NCBI GenBank assembly: GCA_965237415.1 | Contig: CBDEFM010000002.1 | Span: 128,001-192,000, forward strand | Direction: 5' to 3' | Length of the DNA: 64,000 nt | Source of the DNA: Alphaproteobacteria bacterium | Lineage (GTDB): Bacteria; Pseudomonadota; Alphaproteobacteria; UBA828 | Shown: one piece after another, positions 1 to 8,114 of the stretch | Numbering within the stretch: position 1 is the stretch's first letter | Layout of the letters: the number at the start of each line of letters is the position of its first letter | Notes under the pieces: generated by a model | Database searches by the model: none | Told to the model about the DNA's origin: nothing | Seen by the model: the letters and a program-made list of their open reading frames with translations, nothing else | Translations under genes and position numbers: made by a program

Positions 1-372
1 CACGATGTGGCCGCCCATGGAATGGGCCAGCACTACGATGGGCCGCGGGGCTTGCGCGACGACCAGCCGCTCCAGGAACAGGTCCAAGTCGCTCAAATAG
101 TCCTCGTAGCTGACGACATGACCTTTGCGCGTATCCTTCAGCACCCGGCCGGAGCGGCCCTGACCCCGCCAGTCCAGCGCGTAAACGGCGAAGCCACGGG
201 CCCTGAGGTCGCCCACGGTCTCGCCGTACTTCTCGATGAACTCGGCCCTGCCCTGCAGCAACACCACCGTTCCCCGTGCGCCGCCGGGCGGCGCCGGCCA
301 GACGGCTGTGCGGAGCGGGAGGCCGTCGTGGGCGGAGAGCGTCGCAAGCTGCGGGGCTAGCCCAGTGCCCAC
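1..372 (-). CDS. alpha/beta hydrolase, lysophospholipase L2 (PldB)-like; 3' part runs off the window
   Basis: Not in the ORF track. Manual minus-strand translation from GTG at 372: MGTGLAPQ...TVVLLQGRAEFIEKYGE...ALDWRGQGRSGR...LAHSMGGHIV (nucleophile elbow AHSMGG). Confidence 0.85.
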   Translation of the reverse strand, partial: MGTGLAPQLATLSAHDGLPLRTAVWPAPPGGARGTVVLLQGRAEFIEKYGETVGDLRARGFAVYALDWRGQGRSGRVLKDTRKGHVVSYEDYLSDLDLFLERLVVAQAPRPIVVLAHSMGGHIV

Positions 373-375
373 CCG

Positions 376-1785
376 TCAGTCTTTCGGCGCCGGCGCATCG
401 ACCCCCTTCACCGGCACGAGGCCAGCGGGCGCGAGGCCCGCGAGCTTGACCGTGAGGGGGCCGGGCGTCAGGCCCTGGTCCTCCAGGCGCTCCTTGCGCC
501 GGTTCGCTGCGATCACCATACGCCCGCCGACATAGCGCACCGGCTCGCGCGGGAAGAGCCCCACTTCCTCCCGCACCAGCCCGCACTCGGACCACTCGTC
601 CTTCGCGCCGAGGGCGAGCGAGGCGAGGACGCGGCCGCCGACGGAGGTGGGCCCCACGCCGTTGCCCGAGAAGCCGAGGCCGTAGAGCAGGTCGTCGCGG
701 CCGTCGAGGCGGCCGAAGAAGGGGAGCCCGCTGAGGGAGCGGTCGACCGGCCCGGTCCAGCTCGTCGCGATCGGCACATCGCTGAAGTTTGGGTAGATCC
801 GGCGGAAGTAACCTTCGACCTCGCGGGCGCGCGGCGAGGCGCCGTTGAAGCGATCATCGACCCTGTTGCCGAAGGAGAGCCGCCCGCCGCCGGTGCCGAA
901 GGCGACGCGGCCATCCATGGTCGGGCGGTAGTAGTTCACCAGGGTCCGGGAATCCGAGATGCACATGCCGTCGCCCCAGCCGGAGGCGGCGAGGCGCTCG
1001 GGCATCGGCCGGGTCGCCACGATATCGCTCGAGATCACGACGATGGTCCGCCGCAGCTCCGGGAACATGGTCGCCCAGGCGTTCATGGCGATGATCACCT
1101 TGTCGGCGGTCAGCGTGCCGCGCGGGGTGACCACGCGCGGCGGCCGGCTGCGGTCGAGCCGGGTCAACGGCGTCCGTTCGTAGATGCGCACACCCTTGGA
1201 GAGCGCCACGCGGCGCAGTCCGCGCGCCAGCAGGGCCGGTTGCACGCTGGCCCCGGTCGGCTCGTAGACGCCGGCGATGTGACGGTCGGTGCCTGAGCGG
1301 CGCTTGACCGTCTCCGGCTCCCAAAGCTCGAACGGGTGCAGCTGATGACGTTCCAGCGTATCCACCAACGCACTCCAGGAGCCGACCTGCGGCTCGCTGG
1401 ATGCCGCCCACAGCCAGCCGTCGCCGCGATAGTGCGCGTCGATCCCGTGGCCTTCGCAGAAGCGGCCGATGTCGCCGACGGCATCGGCCGAGGCGCGGGC
1501 GAGGCGGACCGCCTCGTCCGAGGGGCAGAACTTGCAGAGCGAGCCGAACTTGGCCCACCAGCTCAGGACGAAGCCGCCGTTGCGGCCGCTTGCGCCGCTG
1601 CCGCATTCGTCCTTCTCGACGATCGCGATATCGATGGAGGGGTCGCGCTCCTTCAGGCGGATCGCCGTCCACAGCCCGCAAAAGCCGCCGCCGACGATGC
1701 AGATGTCGGCGCGGCCGTCGCCCTCGAGGGCCGGTGCGGCTTCCTCCGCCGATAGCCCGGCCTCCGTCAGCCAATGGCTAAGCAT
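376..1785 (-). CDS. FAD-dependent oxidoreductase (DAO/PuuB gamma-glutamylputrescine oxidase-like)
   Basis: DICIVGGGFCG Rossmann motif, GASGRNGG, C-terminal GFSGNGVG. Start at ATG 1785 or 1797. Confidence 0.85.
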   Translation of the reverse strand: MLSHWLTEAGLSAEEAAPALEGDGRADICIVGGGFCGLWTAIRLKERDPSIDIAIVEKDECGSGASGRNGGFVLSWWAKFGSLCKFCPSDEAVRLARASADAVGDIGRFCEGHGIDAHYRGDGWLWAASSEPQVGSWSALVDTLERHQLHPFELWEPETVKRRSGTDRHIAGVYEPTGASVQPALLARGLRRVALSKGVRIYERTPLTRLDRSRPPRVVTPRGTLTADKVIIAMNAWATMFPELRRTIVVISSDIVATRPMPERLAASGWGDGMCISDSRTLVNYYRPTMDGRVAFGTGGGRLSFGNRVDDRFNGASPRAREVEGYFRRIYPNFSDVPIATSWTGPVDRSLSGLPFFGRLDGRDDLLYGLGFSGNGVGPTSVGGRVLASLALGAKDEWSECGLVREEVGLFPREPVRYVGGRMVIAANRRKERLEDQGLTPGPLTVKLAGLAPAGLVPVKGVDAPAPKD

Positions 1786-2119
1786 CCGTCCGCTCATAGA
1801 GCACCTTGCCTTCCCGCAGCGCCCGCGCGAGCACGTGATTGAGGGAATCGCGCCAATAGTCCACGTCTTCGCGGGAATAGACGAGAACGTCGGCGGCCAC
1901 GGGGAAACCCGCAATCGCATGATAAAGCCTGACCAGCTCCTCGTGGCGGCTGCGGGCGGGGCCGAAGGGCTCGGTCTCCAGCACGATCAGGTCGACGTCC
2001 GACCTCTCCCGCTCTTCGCCACGCGCACGGGAGCCGAAAAGGATCACCTGTTCCGGATCGACCTCGTCGACGATGGCCTGGACCATCTCGCCGATCAGCG
2101 CGTCGGTGATCGGAATCAT
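1778..2119 (-). CDS. minimal nucleotidyltransferase (MNT) antitoxin-like protein; no HEPN partner
   Basis: VILFGSRARG...SDVDLIV motif and C-terminal REGKVLYER; about 113 aa. Confidence 0.85.
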   Translation of the reverse strand: MIPITDALIGEMVQAIVDEVDPEQVILFGSRARGEERERSDVDLIVLETEPFGPARSRHEELVRLYHAIAGFPVAADVLVYSREDVDYWRDSLNHVLARALREGKVLYERTDA

Positions 2120-2123
2120 GGTC

Positions 2124-3515
2124 TCACTCTTCCTCCGCGCGCTCGCCGAATAGGAGCGTGACGTTGATCCGCCGGTTGGTATAGCCGGTTCGGAAGCGCA
2201 CGCCACCGCTTTCGTGAATGAGGCTGGAGTCGAAGATCACCGCTCTGTTGCAGCGATAAGGAACGTGCACCGGTGCACGCCCCTCGAGCGCCACGAGGCG
2301 CTCTAGCCGCGTCGGGTTCAGATTGTAATCCGAGAATCCCCAATCGGGCGGCGCGGCGACATCGTACACGGTGAGGCCGGCCGCCTCGGGATCCGGGCAG
2401 GCGTCATCGGGCGTGATCCAGAGGTTGACGTTGACGGCGGCCTTGTCCGAATGTTTGCGCGTCCCCCCGCCTGTTTGGCCGTAGCTGAACGCCCACATCT
2501 GCGTGAGTGGGTGCCCCCCCATGATGCCGCTCAGCCGCTGTTGGAGCTCGCGCGCGAGCTCCAACAGCGGCTGATGGTCGAAACCCTCGTGCAGATAGGC
2601 CCCGAGATAGGCGCCGTGCTCCTTGCAGTCGAACCAGATCGTCGCCTCCATGCAAAAGCGCTGAAGGGCGGCGAGGGCGGGTGCGCTGAGCAGATCGTCG
2701 ACGACGACCACCGATGGCGTCGTCGCATGGTAGCGCCGCTCGATTGCGCCCACGTCGAGGCCAGGGTTGAGCGCGGGCGCGATGGCCTCCTCCGGCGGGC
2801 GATAAATCACCCGGTTGTAGACGGGGCCGATGAGCTGACGCTCCGCCGCCGTGAGCGGGCGCGGCGCACCCGGCCGGGTCTCGTTGCCGAAACCGTCAAG
2901 CACCCGGCGAAGGCCCTTGCGCGCTTCGGCAAACGAAGGCGGGAGCCGGCCTTGCTCCAGCAGGTAGCCGATCTGCGCCAGGTCGAATTCGAGCTTGGCT
3001 CTGGATGCGGTGCGGAAGGTCTCCTGCTGGGCGGGATCGAGCACGGCCGTGCCGGACGCAGGGTCCGTGCCCCACCAGGCGGAGCCGCGATAGAGCGCAA
3101 GGGCCGCGCAGAAGGAGGCAACGGCCTCTTCCAGCCGCCCCTGCCGCTTCAGCGTTGCGCCGAGGTTGGTGTGCGCCGCTACCGAGCCCGGCGCGAGCGC
3201 CAACGCCGTGCGGAAGGCACGCTCGGCCGCCGCGTCGTCCCCTTGCCGTAGCGCCAGATTGCCGAGCGTGATTTGCAGGCTCGCCTTGTCGGGCGCCAGC
3301 GCCGCGGCGGTCTCGAACGCCTGAAGCGCCCGGTCTAGCGCGCCCTGGTCGGCGGCAACCAGGCCGCAGACGTAGTGCGCGCCTGCATCGCGCGGGTCAT
3401 GGGCGAGGATGGCGCGTCCGATGGCCTCCGCCTCGCTGCTTCTGCCCGCCTGATAGGCGGCGAATGCCGCGCTGGCGCGGGGCCGCCGGTCAGCGGCGCC
3501 GTGCGAGCCCGTCAC
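2124..3515 (-). CDS. TPR-repeat protein with C-terminal 2OG-Fe(II) oxygenase-like domain
   Basis: N-terminal TPRs (AHYVCGLVA, AHTNLGATLKRQGRLEEA); C-terminal HSD...H...R(RIN) facial-triad pattern. Confidence 0.75.
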   Translation of the reverse strand: MTGSHGAADRRPRASAAFAAYQAGRSSEAEAIGRAILAHDPRDAGAHYVCGLVAADQGALDRALQAFETAAALAPDKASLQITLGNLALRQGDDAAAERAFRTALALAPGSVAAHTNLGATLKRQGRLEEAVASFCAALALYRGSAWWGTDPASGTAVLDPAQQETFRTASRAKLEFDLAQIGYLLEQGRLPPSFAEARKGLRRVLDGFGNETRPGAPRPLTAAERQLIGPVYNRVIYRPPEEAIAPALNPGLDVGAIERRYHATTPSVVVVDDLLSAPALAALQRFCMEATIWFDCKEHGAYLGAYLHEGFDHQPLLELARELQQRLSGIMGGHPLTQMWAFSYGQTGGGTRKHSDKAAVNVNLWITPDDACPDPEAAGLTVYDVAAPPDWGFSDYNLNPTRLERLVALEGRAPVHVPYRCNRAVIFDSSLIHESGGVRFRTGYTNRRINVTLLFGERAEEE

Positions 3516-5007
3516 GGGTCACCTTGAACCCGGCCGCCTCCCGGTCCCAGGTCGCGGCGGTGATGCCTTCCTCCCGCAGCACCACCTTGCGCACCTTCTG
3601 CGTGGACGTGCGCGGCAGGTCGGCCCTGAACTCGATGAAGCGGGGGACCATGAAGTAGGGCATCTCGGCCGCGCAGTGACGGAGCAGCGCCTCCTCGGTC
3701 AGCGCGGCGCCGGGATTTCGCACGACCGCCACTTTCACCTCGTCCTCCCCCACCTCGGCGGGGACGGCGATGGCGGCGGTCTCGGCCACGTCGGGGTGCT
3801 TGTTGACGATGTGCTCGACCTCGAACGACGAGATGTTCTCGCCGCGCCGGCGGATCGCGTCCTTCATCCGGTCGTGGAAAAAGAGGAAACCCTCCTCGTC
3901 CATGTGGCCGCGGTCGCCGCTGTGGAACCAGAGATTGCGGAAGGCCGCCAGCGTCGCCTCCGGCAGGCCGTCATAACCCTCCATCAGGATGTAAGGGTGC
4001 TTGGCCCGGACCACGATCTCGCCCGATGTGCTGGGCGGCACCGGGCGGTCCATCCCGTCGACGATCGCCACCTCGTTATAGGGCGCCGCTCGCCCGGCCG
4101 TGCCCTTCGGCGTCGCTTCGTCTGGCCGCGTGTAGACGACGATATTCGCCTCGGTCGAGCCGTAGCCCTCGGTCAATTGCAGGCCGAAGCGCTCGAGGAA
4201 CTCCTCCTGCACGTCGTGCGGGTTGGGCACCGAGTAGATCATGCGCAGCGGGTTGTCGGCGTCGTCCGGCCGCGGCGGCTCGGCCCAGAGCATGTGGCAG
4301 ATGCCGCCCACGCCCACCGTCACGGTCACGCCGTGCGCGCGCACGTCCGGCCAGAACCGGGCCGCGCTGAAGCGCGGACGCAGCAGCATCCGGCAATCCG
4401 CGAGCATGGTGCCGAGCATGATGAACTTGCCGGCGATATGGAAGAAGGGGAGGAAGTCGTAGGTCACGTCCTCGGCGCCGAGCGACACGATCTCGTTGAA
4501 GACGACGGCGAACGAAAGCTCGAAGTGGTTGTTGATGACCACGCCCTTGGACGGCCCCGTGGTGCCCGAGGTGAACATGATGCAGGCCGTGGTGGTTGCT
4601 TCGATGGGCCTCGGCCGATCGGTGCCGTCGCCGGTCGCGACATCTTCCAGCGAGAGCACGACGCCGGGCAGCGTGCGCCGTGCATCCTCCAGGTCGCCGC
4701 CCGAGACGATGAAGGTGCCGAGACCGGGGCAGCGATCGGCGATGCGCGCGACCACGGGCACGAACTCGGCGTCCAGCACCATGGCCGTCACGCGTGCGCT
4801 GGTGACGATATGGGTCAGGATGTCGCCCCGATAGGCGGTGTTGATCGGCACCTCGACGACGCCGAGCTTGGCGGTGGCGAACCAGACGAAGACGTGCGCC
4901 GGCGCGTTCTGCATCATCACGGCGCAGCGGTGACCGGGCTCGATGCCGCGCTCCGCGAGGCCGGCGGCGATGCGGTTGGCCTCGCGGTTGATCGCCGCGC
5001 AGACCAT
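3490..5007 (-). CDS. acyl-CoA ligase, CaiC (crotonobetaine/carnitine-CoA ligase)-like; N-terminus appears short
   Basis: FTSGTTGPSKG, YGSTE, WFHSGDRG, DRMKDAIRRRGENISSFEVE. Confidence 0.85.
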   Translation of the reverse strand: MVCAAINREANRIAAGLAERGIEPGHRCAVMMQNAPAHVFVWFATAKLGVVEVPINTAYRGDILTHIVTSARVTAMVLDAEFVPVVARIADRCPGLGTFIVSGGDLEDARRTLPGVVLSLEDVATGDGTDRPRPIEATTTACIMFTSGTTGPSKGVVINNHFELSFAVVFNEIVSLGAEDVTYDFLPFFHIAGKFIMLGTMLADCRMLLRPRFSAARFWPDVRAHGVTVTVGVGGICHMLWAEPPRPDDADNPLRMIYSVPNPHDVQEEFLERFGLQLTEGYGSTEANIVVYTRPDEATPKGTAGRAAPYNEVAIVDGMDRPVPPSTSGEIVVRAKHPYILMEGYDGLPEATLAAFRNLWFHSGDRGHMDEEGFLFFHDRMKDAIRRRGENISSFEVEHIVNKHPDVAETAAIAVPAEVGEDEVKVAVVRNPGAALTEEALLRHCAAEMPYFMVPRFIEFRADLPRTSTQKVRKVVLREEGITAATWDREAAGFKVTRDGLARRR

Positions 5008-5216
5008 GACATTGGTGGGAAGTCCGGGCTGGTCATGGCGCCAGAATGGGGTCCGGCCGATTTATGTCAACGTCCGCCGGCGGATGTGGGCACATGATGC
5101 GTGGTTTCGCGCCTTGACGGGGGGAAACCGGGTTTTCATAGTGCGCAAGAGTGCGTCCCCCGTGTCTGGACAGGGCGGAGCGGGGGCGCGAATCCCAGGC
5201 AGAAGGAGCGGAGCGC

Positions 5217-6935
5217 ATGGCTGAGGGCGAAGCGCAAGGCGGTGCCCACCCCTGGGAGAAGTCCTACCCAGAGAATATCGATTGGAACGCGCCGTTGCCC
5301 AAGGCGCCCCTGCAGCGGTTGCTCGACGATGCGGTCGCCCGCTTCGCGGACCGCCCCGCCATCGACTTCATGGACCGGATCACGACCTATCGGCAACTCG
5401 GCGACCTGGCGAATCGCGCGGCCGAGGGCTTCCAGAATCTCGGGGTTCGCAAGGGCACCAAGGTCGGCATCCTCCTGCCCAATTGCACGAACTTCGTCGC
5501 CGTCTATTACGGAGTGCTGAAGGCCGGCGGGACGGTCGTCAACGTCAACCCGCTCTACGCCATCGAGGAGATCAAGAGCCAGATCGAGGATTCGGAGACC
5601 GACGTCCTGGTCACCCTCGACCTCTCCATCCTCTATGACAAGGCCCGCATCGCCCTCGACCAGACGCGGCTCACCCATCTGGTGATCTGCCCCATGGCGG
5701 ACATGCTGCCCGGCCTCAAGCGGCTGCTCTTCCCCCTGGTCAAGCGCAGCGAGATCGCCAAGATACCGCGCGATTCCCGCCATGTGTTCTTCCGTAAGCT
5801 GACCGACAACGCCGGCAGGCCCACGCCGGTCGAGATCGAGGTCGACGACGATATCGCGGTGCTTCAGTACACCGGCGGCACCACCGGAACCTCGAAGGGC
5901 GCGATGCTGACCCACGCCAACCTCTCGGCGAACGTGGCGCAGGCGGCGATGATGATGCCCGATGCCGAGGCAGGCAGCGAGGTCATGATCGGCGTGCTGC
6001 CGCTCTTCCACGTCTTCGCCATGGCCGTGGTGATGAATTTCAGCATCAAGCTCGGCGCCAAGATGATCCTGCTGCCGCGCTTCGAGTTGGACACCGTGCT
6101 CAAGGTCGTCCACAAGAAGCGCCCGACCTTCTTCCCCGCCGTACCGACGATCTATATCGCGATCAACGGCCATCCCGACGTCGCGACGGGCAAGTACGAT
6201 CTCTCCTCCATCAAGGTCTGCCTCTCGGGCGGCGCCTCGCTGCCGCGCGAGGTGCAGGAGAAGTTCCAGGAACTCTCCGGCTGCACGCTGGTGGAAGGCT
6301 ACGGGCTCAGCGAGACCTCGCCGGTCGCGACCTGCAACCCGGCCACGCCCGGCGGCAGCCGCGAAGGCTCGCTCGGCGTGCCGGTGCCCAGCACGGTGGT
6401 CGACATTTGCGCGGTCGACGATCCGGAGAAAGTGTTGCCGCAGGGCGAGGTCGGCGAGATCTGCATCTCCGGCCCGCAGGTGATGAAGGGCTACTGGAAG
6501 CGCGATGAGGAGAACGCCCGCGCCTTCGCCGGCGGGCGCTTCCACACCGGCGATGTCGGCCGGATCGATGAGGACGGCTACGTCTATCTCATCGACCGGC
6601 TCAAGGAGGTCATCATCGCCGGCGGCTACAACATCTACCCGCGCCATGTGGAGGAGGCGATCTACAAGCACCCGTCGGTGCTGGAGGTGACGGTCATCGG
6701 CGTCGACGACGCCCGCCGCCAGCAGACCGTCAAGGCCTTCGTCCGCCTCAAGGACGGCCAGAGTCTCACGGCCGACGAGCTGACGGACTTCCTCAAGGAC
6801 AAACTCTCGCCCATCGAAATGCCAAAGCAGATCGAGTTCCGCGACGAGCTGCCGAAGACGATCATCGGCAAGCTCTCCAAGAGGGAGCTGGTGGCCGAGG
6901 AGGCCGCCAAGCAGAGCGCGGCTGCCGCAGGCTAG
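5217..6935 (+). CDS. fadD: long-chain fatty acid-CoA ligase
   Basis: QYTGGTTGTSKG, EGYGLSETSP, FHTGDVG; N-terminal PWEKSYP typical of FadD. Confidence 0.9.
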   Translation: MAEGEAQGGAHPWEKSYPENIDWNAPLPKAPLQRLLDDAVARFADRPAIDFMDRITTYRQLGDLANRAAEGFQNLGVRKGTKVGILLPNCTNFVAVYYGVLKAGGTVVNVNPLYAIEEIKSQIEDSETDVLVTLDLSILYDKARIALDQTRLTHLVICPMADMLPGLKRLLFPLVKRSEIAKIPRDSRHVFFRKLTDNAGRPTPVEIEVDDDIAVLQYTGGTTGTSKGAMLTHANLSANVAQAAMMMPDAEAGSEVMIGVLPLFHVFAMAVVMNFSIKLGAKMILLPRFELDTVLKVVHKKRPTFFPAVPTIYIAINGHPDVATGKYDLSSIKVCLSGGASLPREVQEKFQELSGCTLVEGYGLSETSPVATCNPATPGGSREGSLGVPVPSTVVDICAVDDPEKVLPQGEVGEICISGPQVMKGYWKRDEENARAFAGGRFHTGDVGRIDEDGYVYLIDRLKEVIIAGGYNIYPRHVEEAIYKHPSVLEVTVIGVDDARRQQTVKAFVRLKDGQSLTADELTDFLKDKLSPIEMPKQIEFRDELPKTIIGKLSKRELVAEEAAKQSAAAAG

Positions 6936-6977
6936 TCTGCGGCGCGTCGAATCAGACAGAGCAAGAGGCCCCAGCCC

Positions 6978-8114
6978 ATGAATAATGCCGTCATCGCCGG
7001 CTATGTCCGTTCGCCCTTCCACTTTGCCCACAAGGGCGCGCTGGTCGAGAAGCGCCCGGACGATCTCGCGGCCGAGGTCGTGCAGGGACTGATCGATCAG
7101 ACCGGCCTCGATCCCGCCGAGATCGAGGACCTGATCATCGGCTGCGCCTTTCCCGAGGGCGAGCAGGGCTTCAACCTGGGGCGCATCGTGGCGCTCATCG
7201 CGGAGCTCCCGATTTCGGTCGCCGGCGCCACCGTCAACCGCTTCTGCGGCTCGTCGATGCAGGCGATCCACATCGCCGCCGGCGCGGTCCGCATGGATGC
7301 CGGCGAGGCGTTCATCTGCGCCGGCGTCGAGTCCATGAGCCGCGTGCCCATGGGCGGCTTCAATCCGGCGCCCAACCCCGATCTCTATGAGAAGAACGAG
7401 GGCGCCTACATGCCCATGGGCGAGACCGCCGAAAACCTCGCACGCAAGTACCAGATCACCCGCGAGGAGCAGGAGTCGCTGGCGGTTGCGAGCCACGCCC
7501 GCGCCGCCCAAGCCTGGGACGACGGCAAGTTCGCCGGCGAGGTGATCGCGGTCGAGACCAGCGATGGCACGGTCGAGCGCGACGGCTGCATCCGCCCCGG
7601 CACCAATGCCGAGGTCCTCGCCGGCCTGGAGCCCGCCTTCGATGCCGACGGCACTGTCACGGCCGGCACCTCGTCCCCGCTCACCGACGGTGCCGCCGCC
7701 GTGCTGGTCTGCACCGAGGACTACGCCGCGCGCAACGGGCTCGCGGTGCTCGCCCGCATCAAGGCCATCGCGGTGGCCGGCTGCCCGCCGGAGATCATGG
7801 GCTACGGCCCGGTCGTCTCGTCGGAGAAGGCGCTCGCCCGTGCCGGGCTCAAGATGTCCGATATCGACGTGATCGAGCTCAACGAGGCCTTCGCCGTGCA
7901 GGCGCTCGCCTGCGTGCGCGAGCTTTCCATCGATCTGGAGCGCATGAACATCGACGGCGGCGCCATCGCCATCGGCCACCCGTTGGGCGCGACCGGCGCG
8001 CGCATCACCGGCAAGGCGGCGCAGATCCTTCGCCGCGAAGACAAGCGCTATGCGCTGGCCACCCAGTGCATTGGCGGCGGCCAGGGCATCTCCACCGTTC
8101 TTGAGGCCGCCTGA
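6978..8114 (+). CDS. acetyl-CoA C-acyltransferase (thiolase)
   Basis: NRFCGSS, NEAFA, GHPLGATG, CIGGGQG catalytic motifs. Confidence 0.95.
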   Translation: MNNAVIAGYVRSPFHFAHKGALVEKRPDDLAAEVVQGLIDQTGLDPAEIEDLIIGCAFPEGEQGFNLGRIVALIAELPISVAGATVNRFCGSSMQAIHIAAGAVRMDAGEAFICAGVESMSRVPMGGFNPAPNPDLYEKNEGAYMPMGETAENLARKYQITREEQESLAVASHARAAQAWDDGKFAGEVIAVETSDGTVERDGCIRPGTNAEVLAGLEPAFDADGTVTAGTSSPLTDGAAAVLVCTEDYAARNGLAVLARIKAIAVAGCPPEIMGYGPVVSSEKALARAGLKMSDIDVIELNEAFAVQALACVRELSIDLERMNIDGGAIAIGHPLGATGARITGKAAQILRREDKRYALATQCIGGGQGISTVLEAA

